Shown: one piece after another, positions 38,585 through 47,697 of the stretch | How positions within the stretch are numbered: position 1 is the first letter of the stretch | Layout of the letters: the number at the start of each line of letters is the position of its first letter | Virus record (IMG/VR): IMGVR_UViG_3300047471_000729 | Span: 1-64,000 of that record | Length of the DNA: 64,000 nt | Source: a virus | Strand: one strand, 5' to 3' | The notes under the pieces: generated by a model | The model's database searches: none | What the model was told of the DNA's origin: nothing | The model's input: the letters and a program-made list of their open reading frames with translations, nothing else | Made by a program: the position numbers and the translations under genes

Positions 38585-41264
38585 TGATAAAAATTCTCCA
38601 ACCGAACAAGACGATCTTGTTCCTGTTCCATATGCAGGTGTAGTTGGGACTGATTTTCTAACGTTTGCTGTTGGGATTGGGGCCAATGTTGAAGCCCAGT
38701 CTGATTACTTAGCTGACCCTCAGCGTCCATCAGGAAACCTTCCTGGTATTGCGCGGTCAAATTTCAATAACAAGGCAATAAGGCAAGGTACCTTTGTTGC
38801 TCATAGCCTTTGTCTCTGGGTCAGTCAGCAGATACAGGCATACATCCCTGACGACGGAGATGACATTCACTGGATTGCCGAGTTTAGTCAGGCTCTCGCT
38901 GACTTTATCATGATCACTATTCCGCCACCGCCTAATCTTGGTGCATATTTGCCACTAGCCGGTGGCACAATGACTGGTAATATTTCCTTTGTAGCAGGTA
39001 TTAGCACGATTCTGGCTAATAACACTTGGTACTATGGTAAGGATACTACTGGTCAGGCTCGTGGTCTTATCGTTAGGGGTGCTGATGATAACGTATTCAT
39101 CAATGATGGTTCCGCAACTTACGTTCATATTAACGGAACACCACTTCTCAATAACAACTTTATCTACTCCGGCAGAGACACTTTAGGGAACACTCAGAGG
39201 GTTATTGGCTTCCTGAGCGATAACGCTGTGCATGTTGGTGGTTCAGGTAATATCTGGCTGGATAGCATTGGTGGTTCAGTATACGCTGCAGGTAATATCG
39301 CTATTCCGAATAACAGCTACTACTACTGTCAAGATACAGCGGCAAACGAGAGAGCGGTACTGGGAATTAACACAGCCAATTCCCTAATGATTGGTAGTGG
39401 TGGTGTAGGTTCAACCGACATCTATGCGGGTGGGGCTAATACTATCAATCTTCACAATAATACACTTGCCCTTGGTCAGCTTCAGACCAATGGTTATTTC
39501 TACTGTCAGGGTGGTGAGCGAATCTATATCCCTGGTGGTAATGATCCGCTGCAAATCTACGCGGACAATGGGTACTACGCGCGCCTGCATTATGTGGTCG
39601 GTGGTACCCGAGACTGGAGCGAGGGCTGCCTTAGCAATGGTCACTGGGCTGTTGCTGATGAGAGTGCACACGTGGTCCGGATCGAGATTGATTTCAATGG
39701 GCAGTTCCACTGCTACAACAACGTGCAGATTGATGGTAGTTTAAATATTAGTGGTAGTGTGGGTGTTGGTAATCTTACAGTATACGGTGCTGCGCAAGTC
39801 AACGGTGGTATGAATGTCTATGGTGGGTTGACCGTTCAGACTGGCAACTTTAACGTAAATGGTGCCTCAGGATTTGGTGGTGGTGTGACCATGTACAATG
39901 GTCTCAACGTCGCCGGTGGTGGTACCACAATGGGATCACTCACTTGTGGCAACTTTGGAGCGGGAGGCTCAGGTCAGATCAATGGTGGTCTGACAGTCTA
40001 TAATGGTCTCAATGTTGCGAGTGGGAATGCTAGTGTTGCGGGTACGTTGACAGTTGGTGGTGTCACTTCGATTGGTTCCACCCAAGTTAATGGTAACCTC
40101 ACCGTAACCAACACTCTTCAAGTCAACAACTGGGCCAGCATCTATAATGGCCTGACTATTCAGAGTGGCAACTTTGGTTGTGCTGGATCGGGGCAGGTCA
40201 ATGGTGGTCTGACAGTCTATAACGGAATCAATATTGCCTCTGGTGGTGGTTATATTGCCGGTAGTTGGACCAGTGGTGGAAGTATGACTTGTGGGAATTT
40301 CTTGCAGGTCAATGGTGGGGCACAGATCAACGGTGGTCTCACCCTATACAATAGTATCTATGTTGTATCGGGTGGTGGCACGATTAACAGTTACTTGAAT
40401 GTCAATGGTACCACCGGTATTAGTGGCTACTGTCAAATCAATGGTTCGGCAGTCATCTATAATGGTTTGACTGTTGCTAGTGGTGATTGCAATGTTTCTG
40501 GTAATGTGAGTGGTGCTTCCTTCTCAACTGGTGGTAATGCTTATTTTGGTGGTCTTATCCACGTCGGTCAGATTCAGGTAGGTGGTCTGGCACCTATGTA
40601 TGATAATGGTGGTAATGTCTTAAATATCAGTAGTTCTGTCCAGATCCATGGCTCGCTTACAACAGACTACTTCAGAAGCTTGGGTGCGGTCGATTGTGAT
40701 CACGTCTACTCCTACAATTACTTACACGCTGACAACTATCTAGATGTTGATGGCTGGGCATATCTGCGTAGCGGTATACAAATATGGGGCGACGTATTCC
40801 AATATGCTGCTAATTTCCAAACTTATGGTCACATCTTCCCCGTTCCTAACGGGTCGCAGGAATGCGGAACGTGTCAGCACCAATGGCGTAACGTGTTTTC
40901 GTACAACTTTGCGACTGAAAGCGACCCCGATAAGAAACGCGATATTGCACCAATTCCGGAAGTTTGCCTTAGCCTGGTTAACGCCATCAAGCCGTCGACT
41001 TTCAAATGGCGAAACGCGGGTGAATTTGACGATCATGGTCGGCCAATGACTGAAGACCACCCATATGCAAATACCCATTGGGGGTTTATGCAGCCCGATG
41101 TCATGAGCGTTATGAACGACCGTGAGCGGAAACTGCCAGTTTTTGGTGGTGCCTACGAAGACATGGGAGTAAAGTTACTTCAGTACAATGAGCTTGTCGC
41201 GGTGTTGTGGCAGGCGGTGAGAGAACTTTCGTCTGAAGTTGAAGCCTTGAAGAGGAGAGCATAA
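38578..41264 (+). CDS. Tail fibre protein with C-terminal S74-like chaperone
   Basis: DFLTFAVGIGANV...GIARSNFNNKAIRQ baseplate-attachment N-terminus, GGLTVYNG beta repeats, and ESDPDKKRDI...HWGFMQ...YNELVAVLWQAVREL. ATG 38578 overlaps the previous stop. Confidence 0.8.
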
Positions 41265-41605
41265 TGCCTACTATTGCACAAATTCCAGATGCTCATGCAC
41301 TGCACACCCAATTGGATGCAGTCAACAAAGCGGTTGCTTTGCTTCAATCTGGAGCACCGGTTACCAATTTGACGGTGACCCCTGCTACTGATTTAACAAT
41401 TCCCACGATGGCTCCTCCTCTACCTGCAGCAGGAGCTATGGAAGCACCGCCAGTAGTGACACCTACGGTATATCAGCCACCAGTGACTATCATTCTTGAT
41501 CCACCAATCACTGATGCTGCGACGATTGATACCTTGATTACTGCGCTTCAGGTGCGCGCGGGCGAGATCACGCAAACTCTAATCGACAATGGGTATTCGT
41601 CCTAG
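41264..41605 (+). CDS. Fibre-associated protein (paralog of the 33602 N-terminal domain)
   Basis: Follows the fibre gene with TAATG coupling. Similar to 33602..34183. Confidence 0.55.
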   Translation: MPTIAQIPDAHALHTQLDAVNKAVALLQSGAPVTNLTVTPATDLTIPTMAPPLPAAGAMEAPPVVTPTVYQPPVTIILDPPITDAATIDTLITALQVRAGEITQTLIDNGYSS

Positions 41606-41705
41606 CTGCACCAGCCCAGAGATCGGCCTCCAGGCGATTCTAGCGGTATGTAATCGACTTCGTGGCACCATATAGCGCAGGCTTCCTTCCCTGCAATGTA
41701 CACGC

Positions 41706-41735
41706 AAAAAAAGGCCCCTACGAAAGGGGCCTTTT
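41706..41735. terminator. Bidirectional intrinsic terminator between convergent operons
   Basis: AAAAAAA-GGCCCCT-acgaa-AGGGGCC-TTTT. Confidence 0.85.
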
Positions 41736-41741
41736 CAGCGT

Positions 41742-42800
41742 CTACTCAATCGTGGGTGCTACGAATGCTAAGGTCCCCTTCTCGGTGCGGACGATCCGGT
41801 AGGTGGTGGTTGCCTCAATCCGTCGAACCTCTGCAAGTGCAGTCCGCATTTCCTCTTCTGGACTGATCTTGAATTCTCCGGCGGTGGCGGTGTGGACTCC
41901 GGAAACAATGTGAGGTCCGGAACGAATTATTTCTGGTAATGCCACTTTTTCCTCCTCTAATGGTTTGACAATTGCAGGTGTTGTGGGAACCTCAGTCACA
42001 CCAACCCAAACTTGGGGTTGAACGACCCGAGGTGGTACTGGAGTCAGACGATTGGCTGGGGTATTACCGTGAGGTTGGACCTGATCCAGCAAAAGCCTGA
42101 TCACAATGGTGTTGTCAACTACTAGAAACTCTGCAGGGCTTGGGCCGCATATTGGAAGGTCACCGCGAAGTTTCTCTCCTGTAGTACCGTAATAAGATAA
42201 GGTACGATCACTTAGGATCCTAGGTGAGGCTGCCTTGTGCAGAGTCCATTGGTCAGGACCATCACGTTCAGCCCGATACCCATTCCCTATCCCGACGTTA
42301 CCCAAGTTACGAGGAACGAGAAACTTTATTCGATCCTCATAGATAGCAACCCGTCCTATTACCGGATCGGGTGCTGGCTTTGTTTTAGGTACAAAGACCT
42401 TATTAGGTTCAACTGCTGGCATTTCGGGCTCCTTTACTTCTGGAGCTGTAGGTTCAGAGGCATATTCGATCCTGGGTATGTCCGGAATATTGTATTTCTC
42501 CGGTTTAGGTTCATATGGTGTAGGCAGTGGACCCAACATCTCTTCAAGTTTCTGCCTTGGCTTGGGTTCAGGTTTGGGCGGAGGCGGACCAAGTAACTGG
42601 ACAATGTCACGCTTCTTAATGTCAAGGTCCTTAGCACCACCGGACACTGAGTTGTGTAAGGTAATATCCCGCACCTTCCCATTATACAAGAACCTTCCGC
42701 GCGGGTGCCTGCTTTTTCGCAAGATGTCTACATGTTTGATCCCATAAGTCTCGCGCAGGAAGTCCTTGATTGCACTGTAATAGTTTGATGTTTGACTCAT
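41742..42800 (-). CDS. Hypothetical Pro-rich protein; N-terminus weakly HicA-like
   Basis: GAGGAG RBS and its own promoter/operator at 42860-42890. Confidence 0.55.
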   Translation of the reverse strand: MSQTSNYYSAIKDFLRETYGIKHVDILRKSRHPRGRFLYNGKVRDITLHNSVSGGAKDLDIKKRDIVQLLGPPPPKPEPKPRQKLEEMLGPLPTPYEPKPEKYNIPDIPRIEYASEPTAPEVKEPEMPAVEPNKVFVPKTKPAPDPVIGRVAIYEDRIKFLVPRNLGNVGIGNGYRAERDGPDQWTLHKAASPRILSDRTLSYYGTTGEKLRGDLPICGPSPAEFLVVDNTIVIRLLLDQVQPHGNTPANRLTPVPPRVVQPQVWVGVTEVPTTPAIVKPLEEEKVALPEIIRSGPHIVSGVHTATAGEFKISPEEEMRTALAEVRRIEATTTYRIVRTEKGTLAFVAPTIE

Positions 42801-42890
42801 ATCTACTCCTCATTTTGTCCCCCTATGCTCCCTTTTACGTTTTCCTTAAGTGATCTAGATCATATTGTATTTTGCGATACATTGCAAGCT

Positions 42891-42937
42891 AAAAAAGCAA
42901 AAAGAGGAGGCTGCGCCCGATCAAAACACAGCCTCCT
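42891..42937 (-). terminator. Intrinsic terminator after the PEP-CTERM genes
   Basis: AGGAGGCTG...CAGCCTCCT stem followed by T-tracts on the - strand. Confidence 0.65.
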
Positions 42938-42955
42938 TAAAGTTTTTTGTGTAGG

Positions 42956-43759
42956 TTAGGCTACTGCACCACCACCAAAGTTGCCTTTGCGGCGACGATA
43001 CCAACCGACCAGACCAAATCCGAGAATTGCTGAACCAAAGATGGTCAGCGAACCCGGCTCCGGGACTGCTGCTGCTGGCGCGGCTTCGACAAAGAACGAG
43101 TCTGGACCATCGTTCAACCCTGACATTCTCGCGAGGAACAACACCGTGTCGCCCACATGAATGTCGTTGTTGGTCAGGCTGAAACCAGAGATCGTGTAAT
43201 CGGGAAAGCCCGTGCCATTGTTGACATCCGGCACGTTACCAGTAGTACCGCCCGTGAAGCTGTCGAGTACAGTGTGTGTCGTCAGGTTCAGGAACCAGAA
43301 GCTATTCAGCGTCTCAGCGACGTTGGTTGAGTTGATATCGACGCCAATGCTGAACCTCAGATTGTTGGCAGCATCACCATTGGCAAGCAAGAATGCCAGG
43401 AGAGGACTACCTGAACCAACTTGATAACCAGTGGCGAACGTGTCATCGGCGAGCGTGTTGCGCCCACCGTTGCCTTGGTCCGAGAACGCTGAGATTGCGC
43501 TTAGATTACCTGCGTTGCTGTAATCGTTATATCCGAAATTCGCAGGCTGCTGTGGCTGGTTTTCCCCGCAGATCACGCATGGCGCGTTCTGCGGTTGATT
43601 ACCGCCAGGAACGAAATTACCAAGCGATAGGCTGCCTGAGTTAGTGGTGTTCCATTGCACCCCACCCAAGGTGACAAACGTGTCAGCCTTAGCCGGTGTC
43701 ATTGAAAGCAGAGCGCCGCAAGCGACACCTGCCATCAAAAGTTTCATTACAGTTTTCAA
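42956..43759 (-). CDS. PEP-CTERM sorting-domain protein 2
   Basis: Signal peptide (MKLLMAGVACGALLSMTPAKA) and C-terminal VPEPGSLTIFGSAILGFGLVGWYRRRK. Probable TTG start at 43759. Confidence 0.9.
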   Translation of the reverse strand: MKTVMKLLMAGVACGALLSMTPAKADTFVTLGGVQWNTTNSGSLSLGNFVPGGNQPQNAPCVICGENQPQQPANFGYNDYSNAGNLSAISAFSDQGNGGRNTLADDTFATGYQVGSGSPLLAFLLANGDAANNLRFSIGVDINSTNVAETLNSFWFLNLTTHTVLDSFTGGTTGNVPDVNNGTGFPDYTISGFSLTNNDIHVGDTVLFLARMSGLNDGPDSFFVEAAPAAAVPEPGSLTIFGSAILGFGLVGWYRRRKGNFGGGAVA

Positions 43760-43812
43760 CGTACTAACCTTTCTATAGTAATTGGTGGGGCCCCAAGACC
43801 CCACCAAACGTG

Positions 43813-44562
43813 CTAGGCAGAGGCGAGATTGCCCTTGCCGTTCTTCCGGCGACGCAGCTTACCCACGACACCCATACCAATAAGCGAGGTGCCAAAGATA
43901 ATCAGCGAAGCAGGTTCGGGCACCGCTTGCGTAGTGACGATTGATTGGGTACGCCCAACCAACGACGCACCAGCGATCAGCGTACCGGTGGTCCCTTCCG
44001 ACAGGGAGTAGGGACCGGTGCTGTCGAACACACCTGAAAAGTTCTGCGAGAACGAGTCAGGATCGACCACGGCAGCGTGCGTCAGGGTTGCAAGCAAAGT
44101 CCCCGGCAGATCAGTCGGGGTGTCCGCGCCTTGCGTGTTCGCCGCATCACCAAAGAACGTCTCAGTGACGCTGGAGCCGATACCGGATTGGAACGTCCCG
44201 GCGCCACTAGCGGTGAACGCCGTGACCGGACCCAAGAAGCTGGTCCCACTCACGGCAAGCTGAATCGAAACCGTACCCGTGTTATTGTTGATCACCTGAA
44301 ACGAGGAGGTGTTCAACGAGTTTGACGGTCCGATTACCTGAGTCTGTGCTGATCCGAGGAACTGCACACCGGCGATCGTCTGATTGGCAATTTGCAACTG
44401 ACCAACTGCGTTGTTGGTGTCGCAAGCTGCCTGATCTGCGCAGACGAATGAAGTACCGTTGATGTCTGCGGCGATCTGTAGTGTCGCGTTAGCCGAACCT
44501 GCCAACGCCAACCCACCCGCAAGGATGGTGCTGGCTAAGGCTAGGTTTTTGAGCTTACTCAT
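43813..44562 (-). CDS. PEP-CTERM sorting-domain protein 1
   Basis: Signal peptide (MSKLKNLALASTILAGGLALAGSANA), Ser/Thr-rich body and VPEPASLIIFGTSLIGMGVVGKLRRRK. GAGGT RBS. Confidence 0.92.
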   Translation of the reverse strand: MSKLKNLALASTILAGGLALAGSANATLQIAADINGTSFVCADQAACDTNNAVGQLQIANQTIAGVQFLGSAQTQVIGPSNSLNTSSFQVINNNTGTVSIQLAVSGTSFLGPVTAFTASGAGTFQSGIGSSVTETFFGDAANTQGADTPTDLPGTLLATLTHAAVVDPDSFSQNFSGVFDSTGPYSLSEGTTGTLIAGASLVGRTQSIVTTQAVPEPASLIIFGTSLIGMGVVGKLRRRKNGKGNLASA

Positions 44563-44598
44563 ATTTACCTCACTTTGCTAGTCTAGCTAGCAGAGCAT

Positions 44599-44614
44599 TG
44601 CAATAGCTATGCCA
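44599..44614 (-). promoter_or_regulatory. Sigma54 (-24/-12) promoter
   Basis: The - strand reads TGGCATAGCTATTGCA (GG-N10-GC), about 37 nt upstream of the PEP-CTERM start codon. Confidence 0.75.
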
Positions 44615-44631
44615 CTAGTGTCTTTGTTTGT

Positions 44632-44644
44632 TTTCAAGAGGTTA
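44632..44644 (+). promoter_or_regulatory. IHF-like site
   Basis: TTTCAAGAGGTTA versus the WATCAANNNNTTR consensus (1 mismatch), with a T-rich 5' flank. Lies between the sigma54 site and the enhancer. Confidence 0.55.
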
Positions 44645-44661
44645 GGTGTTCGAAGGGGTGC

Positions 44662-44708
44662 AAAGTGTAAAGTTTAGGCGACACTTTCATTGTCGGATTT
44701 TACACTTT
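44662..44708. promoter_or_regulatory. Palindromic enhancer-like site for a sigma54 activator
   Basis: AAAGTGTAAA...CGACA-N7-TGTCG...TTTACACTTT inverted repeat containing TGT-N12-ACA. Confidence 0.55.
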
Positions 44709-44883
44709 TTAGTGGGTTCTTTGGGCAATTATCAAAGTGCCATCGAGTTAGTACTCCTCGATTGTTCTTATGCCCACAGTGAGGGCATTCACCCATGCCC
44801 TTTGATGTAAAGAACCTCTCGTTAAAACTAATCGATCGTTCAGGTCGTTTATGTAGTGATCTAATCTCAGACGATTTTGTCAT
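44674..44883 (-). CDS. Small Zn-ribbon protein similar to the C-terminus of the 5658..6290 endonuclease
   Basis: ECPHCGHKNNRGVLTRWHFDNCPKNP versus [26 protein letters not shown]. Confidence 0.5.
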   Translation of the reverse strand: MTKSSEIRSLHKRPERSISFNERFFTSKGMGECPHCGHKNNRGVLTRWHFDNCPKNPLKSVKSDNESVA

Positions 44884-45335
44884 TGTACTTGATCCTTTTC
44901 ACGAAGCCACGTAGTAATATGTCGCTTGATGATCTTGGGATTGATATTTGGTGGTTCATCATGTGCCAAGATGAACTTGCCAACCAGCTCAACAGGGTCC
45001 GAGTCCACTGGAGGTAATCCTGTTTCAAGCCAATTCTTGACCAGTGGGAGTATATCAGGTGCAGTTATGATTAGTTCTTTGAATACATCACTAGCTGGGA
45101 TCGAGTTGGATGTGGAGGATCCAACCCTTAAAGCCCCATTGTCACCGATATAGTAGTTCTTCTCCCCATCTTTTTGATAGACTGCATAACGTTGTGATCT
45201 GGTTTGCTGTTTTGTATAACCCATCACTTCAAAGCCAGCGATATACTTTTCACGAAGTGTAGTGGGATTACGATGATTAACATGGCGACGTCGGACCGTA
45301 CGACGCCTAGGAGTAGTAAATTGTAAAGGCATCAT
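44880..45335 (-). CDS. Hypothetical protein
   Basis: ORF coupled by ATGA overlaps to its neighbours. Confidence 0.5.
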   Translation of the reverse strand: MMPLQFTTPRRRTVRRRHVNHRNPTTLREKYIAGFEVMGYTKQQTRSQRYAVYQKDGEKNYYIGDNGALRVGSSTSNSIPASDVFKELIITAPDILPLVKNWLETGLPPVDSDPVELVGKFILAHDEPPNINPKIIKRHITTWLREKDQVQ

Positions 45336-45532
45336 GCTTCTCCATCTTTGAATAACCAGGACCTAACTGCGCAATCCTTGGCCTCCAATAGTTTACGAAG
45401 GCAAGTGGTCTTCTCAGGGTTGTTTGGGTATGTGTCAATACCCGCTGCAAACTCCTGAAAGCTTTTGGATACAGGTTGCAGGTGCTCAGGCAGATGTTTG
45501 TACTCGAAAAACTGCATTAGGTAGTGAGGCAT
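45332..45532 (-). CDS. Small helical-hairpin phage protein
   Basis: FFEYKHLPEHLQPVSK...PEKTTCLRKLLEAKDCAVR. AGGAGG RBS before ATG 45532. Confidence 0.65.
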   Translation of the reverse strand: MPHYLMQFFEYKHLPEHLQPVSKSFQEFAAGIDTYPNNPEKTTCLRKLLEAKDCAVRSWLFKDGEA

Positions 45533-45560
45533 TGCGACCTCCTGCAAGTATCAACACAGC

Positions 45561-45596
45561 ATTTAGGCCGGATTGGAAACACCATCCGGCCTAAAT
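45561..45596. terminator. Hairpin downstream of the XRE gene
   Basis: ATTTAGGCCGGAT-N10-ATCCGGCCTAAAT (13-bp stem). Confidence 0.55.
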
Positions 45597-45597
45597 C

Positions 45598-45921
45598 TTA
45601 GGCTACTTGTTCTAGGTCCCCTCGAACATAACGAGGGACTGGAACAGGGCTTCCCCTAGTAAATTTTGCCGTCGCAAGACGCTCAAATTTTCGTAGAAAG
45701 GTCAGGTGTTGCTCGCTTTCCTGGGTTAGGTACCGAACAATCGGCTGACGCATTCTAGCCGGTAGCTTACCGATCCAATAGGTGTCGAAGGTTCGTTTGG
45801 AATTCTCTAGGCGGTTGTAAGTCCATAGGGAGATTCCAAGTGAATCAGCAACCTCTGTTTGCGTCAGTTCAGCGTTCATGCGCGCCTCGCGCAGTACACG
45901 ACCAATGTTTCTGTCCATCAT
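45598..45921 (-). CDS. XRE-family helix-turn-helix transcriptional regulator
   Basis: IGRVLREARMNAELTQTEVADSLGISLWTYNRLENSKR. Confidence 0.88.
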   Translation of the reverse strand: MMDRNIGRVLREARMNAELTQTEVADSLGISLWTYNRLENSKRTFDTYWIGKLPARMRQPIVRYLTQESEQHLTFLRKFERLATAKFTRGSPVPVPRYVRGDLEQVA

Positions 45922-46145
45922 TGCACCAATCCTGTGAGGCTCACTTGCCTACGTGTTATAAATAAGCATTTTTGCGTCGATTTGCAAGAACAGAAAGTGC
46001 GGCAGACGATATCGTTTCCGTGTAACGAACAACCCCTGGTTCCTACACTGGGGCTGGAAGGAGGACGGACGATATCTTGTAGGACAAGCTGGCATTACTA
46101 CCAGGCTTCATCCGCTCACCCGATGGAGATCCTCCTTCACCGTAA

Positions 46146-46463
46146 CTAATGGAGCATGTGACTGGTTGGGCTGAGAGGACGCACCGCATGACCCAAACGT
46201 TTCTTTTGCACGTTCTTTGGTACCAACTTTAGTCCGTTAGTCCGTTCAACGATGTCCCTGGGCTCATTGGCCGGTACGACTCGATAGACCATATGGGCGC
46301 CCGCTGCCCGAAGACGTCCGCGCTCGTAGTGACGCTGTGACACCTGGTCCCAGTTCTTTTCGTACTCGGGCGGGTAAGGGCGCTGGGCCAGATAGTCCTG
46401 CCATCCACGTGCGCTGTACCCGTTGGGCCTAACCTTTGGTAGGTGATTCGCATTCGAGCTCAT
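46146..46463 (-). CDS. Hypothetical protein
   Basis: AAGGAG RBS before ATG 46463 (MSSNANH), promoter at 46490-46518. The longer ORF-track start runs through that promoter. Confidence 0.55.
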   Translation of the reverse strand: MSSNANHLPKVRPNGYSARGWQDYLAQRPYPPEYEKNWDQVSQRHYERGRLRAAGAHMVYRVVPANEPRDIVERTNGLKLVPKNVQKKRLGHAVRPLSPTSHMLH

Positions 46464-46720
46464 ATGGGTTCTCCTTACTGACCCCTTAAATATAAGCGGT
46501 TTGCGATGAATTGCAAGCTTTAATTTGATCTCAGAGTGGGCAGCTTTAGCGGCATCGGCTTCAACGGGTTTCCCCTCCATCTATCCGCTTGACGACGTGC
46601 TGCCCGACGCCGGGAATTAACCCATGCCTAGGGCTTTTTTGCGGGTAGCCGTCCCGCTTCTCATCATGAGGGTTGCATCCTCACTAGCCGGGAGCTACCC
46701 CGGCTCGTCGGTAAGTCCAT

Positions 46721-47221
46721 TTAGGTGGCCATCAGTTCACGAGCAGCAGGACCGTCCTTCCGCCGCCTGCGCCGGCGCTTCAGAAAGGACGTCTGATCCT
46801 TCTCGTTCCAGGACCGAATGAGTGCCATGTCCAGATAGTCCAGATCGAGACCAAAGTCCTCATAGCCCTGTGCGATCACGTCCAGATAGTGCTGCCCAGG
46901 AGGCTGAACACCACCGTGGCACATCTGATACACCAGGACATCGGCAACCTTACCGGTCTTGACCATCTTGACCTTGATGTAGATCTTCTCATAGAGACCT
47001 CCACCAACGCCCTCATACATGTCAAGCTCTTTTTCACACTCCCTGGTGATCTTCCAAAGACCACCGGGGCAGCTTTCCTTGCGGTCGTACTCGATATCGG
47101 CTACACCGCGAAACACCAGGCGTGAGTGGGTGAGATGAAACGAGCCCAGCTTCTTGGCCTTGGGGCATCTGCGCTTCATCGCCTCGACACAGAGATTGCT
47201 TCCATAGGCGAAATACAACAT
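46721..47221 (-). CDS. Gamma-glutamylcyclotransferase (AIG2-like)
   Basis: MLYFAYGSNL...RCP...GGLW...LDMYEG. AAGGAG RBS before ATG 47221. Confidence 0.88.
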   Translation of the reverse strand: MLYFAYGSNLCVEAMKRRCPKAKKLGSFHLTHSRLVFRGVADIEYDRKESCPGGLWKITRECEKELDMYEGVGGGLYEKIYIKVKMVKTGKVADVLVYQMCHGGVQPPGQHYLDVIAQGYEDFGLDLDYLDMALIRSWNEKDQTSFLKRRRRRRKDGPAARELMAT

Positions 47222-47286
47222 GTCGGAATCTCCTTGCTGACTCCCTATATATATAAGCGCTTTGCGATGAATTGCAAGCCCCCGCA

Positions 47287-47568
47287 TCAAAAGATTTCGT
47301 CCTTGAGTCTGGGGTTGAGGCGATCCACACCGGGACCCTTGTGCTTGATCCACGGACCCGGCGGGTCGCCCTGACCGTCCCAAACTAACGTAGCAAGGAA
47401 CGCCTCGTGGCGGAGTTCGTAGCAATATCGACTGCTATAACCGGTCTCATCCAGACCTGTGAACAGACCAGTGGTAAAGTTCATATTCATCAGGCCGATC
47501 CACCTGCCGTCCTTGAGCTGTCGAACGTTTGTGTAGCCCTCTGATAGGAGCAGCTCTTCGGTGGTCAT
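47287..47568 (-). CDS. Hypothetical protein
   Basis: FTTGLFTGLDETGYSSRYCY...WDGQGDPPGPWIKHKG. Coupled to the upstream small ORF. Confidence 0.55.
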   Translation of the reverse strand: MTTEELLLSEGYTNVRQLKDGRWIGLMNMNFTTGLFTGLDETGYSSRYCYELRHEAFLATLVWDGQGDPPGPWIKHKGPGVDRLNPRLKDEIF

Positions 47569-47697
47569 GATCGATCCTGAATGATGTGAATGACGATGGG
47601 TGCACGCGGCATTGAGCCGAGTTGGTACCCCAATAGTCCACACGCTGCGATGAATGTGATTAGTATCACCGCAAGAATAACTTCAGACCAGTGCATG

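Noticed and set aside
41742-42800. HicA toxin call
   Set aside because: Only a vague N-terminal resemblance, with no HicB partner, so it is left as hypothetical.
46604-46711. tRNA gene
   Set aside because: No GTTCRA T-loop, D-loop or acceptor/CCA geometry. Kept only as an unknown structured element.
47222-47425. N-terminal extensions given by the ORF track for GGCT (also for 46146..46580 and 58536..59690)
   Set aside because: The extensions run through promoter/operator sequences, and better starts with RBSs exist downstream.
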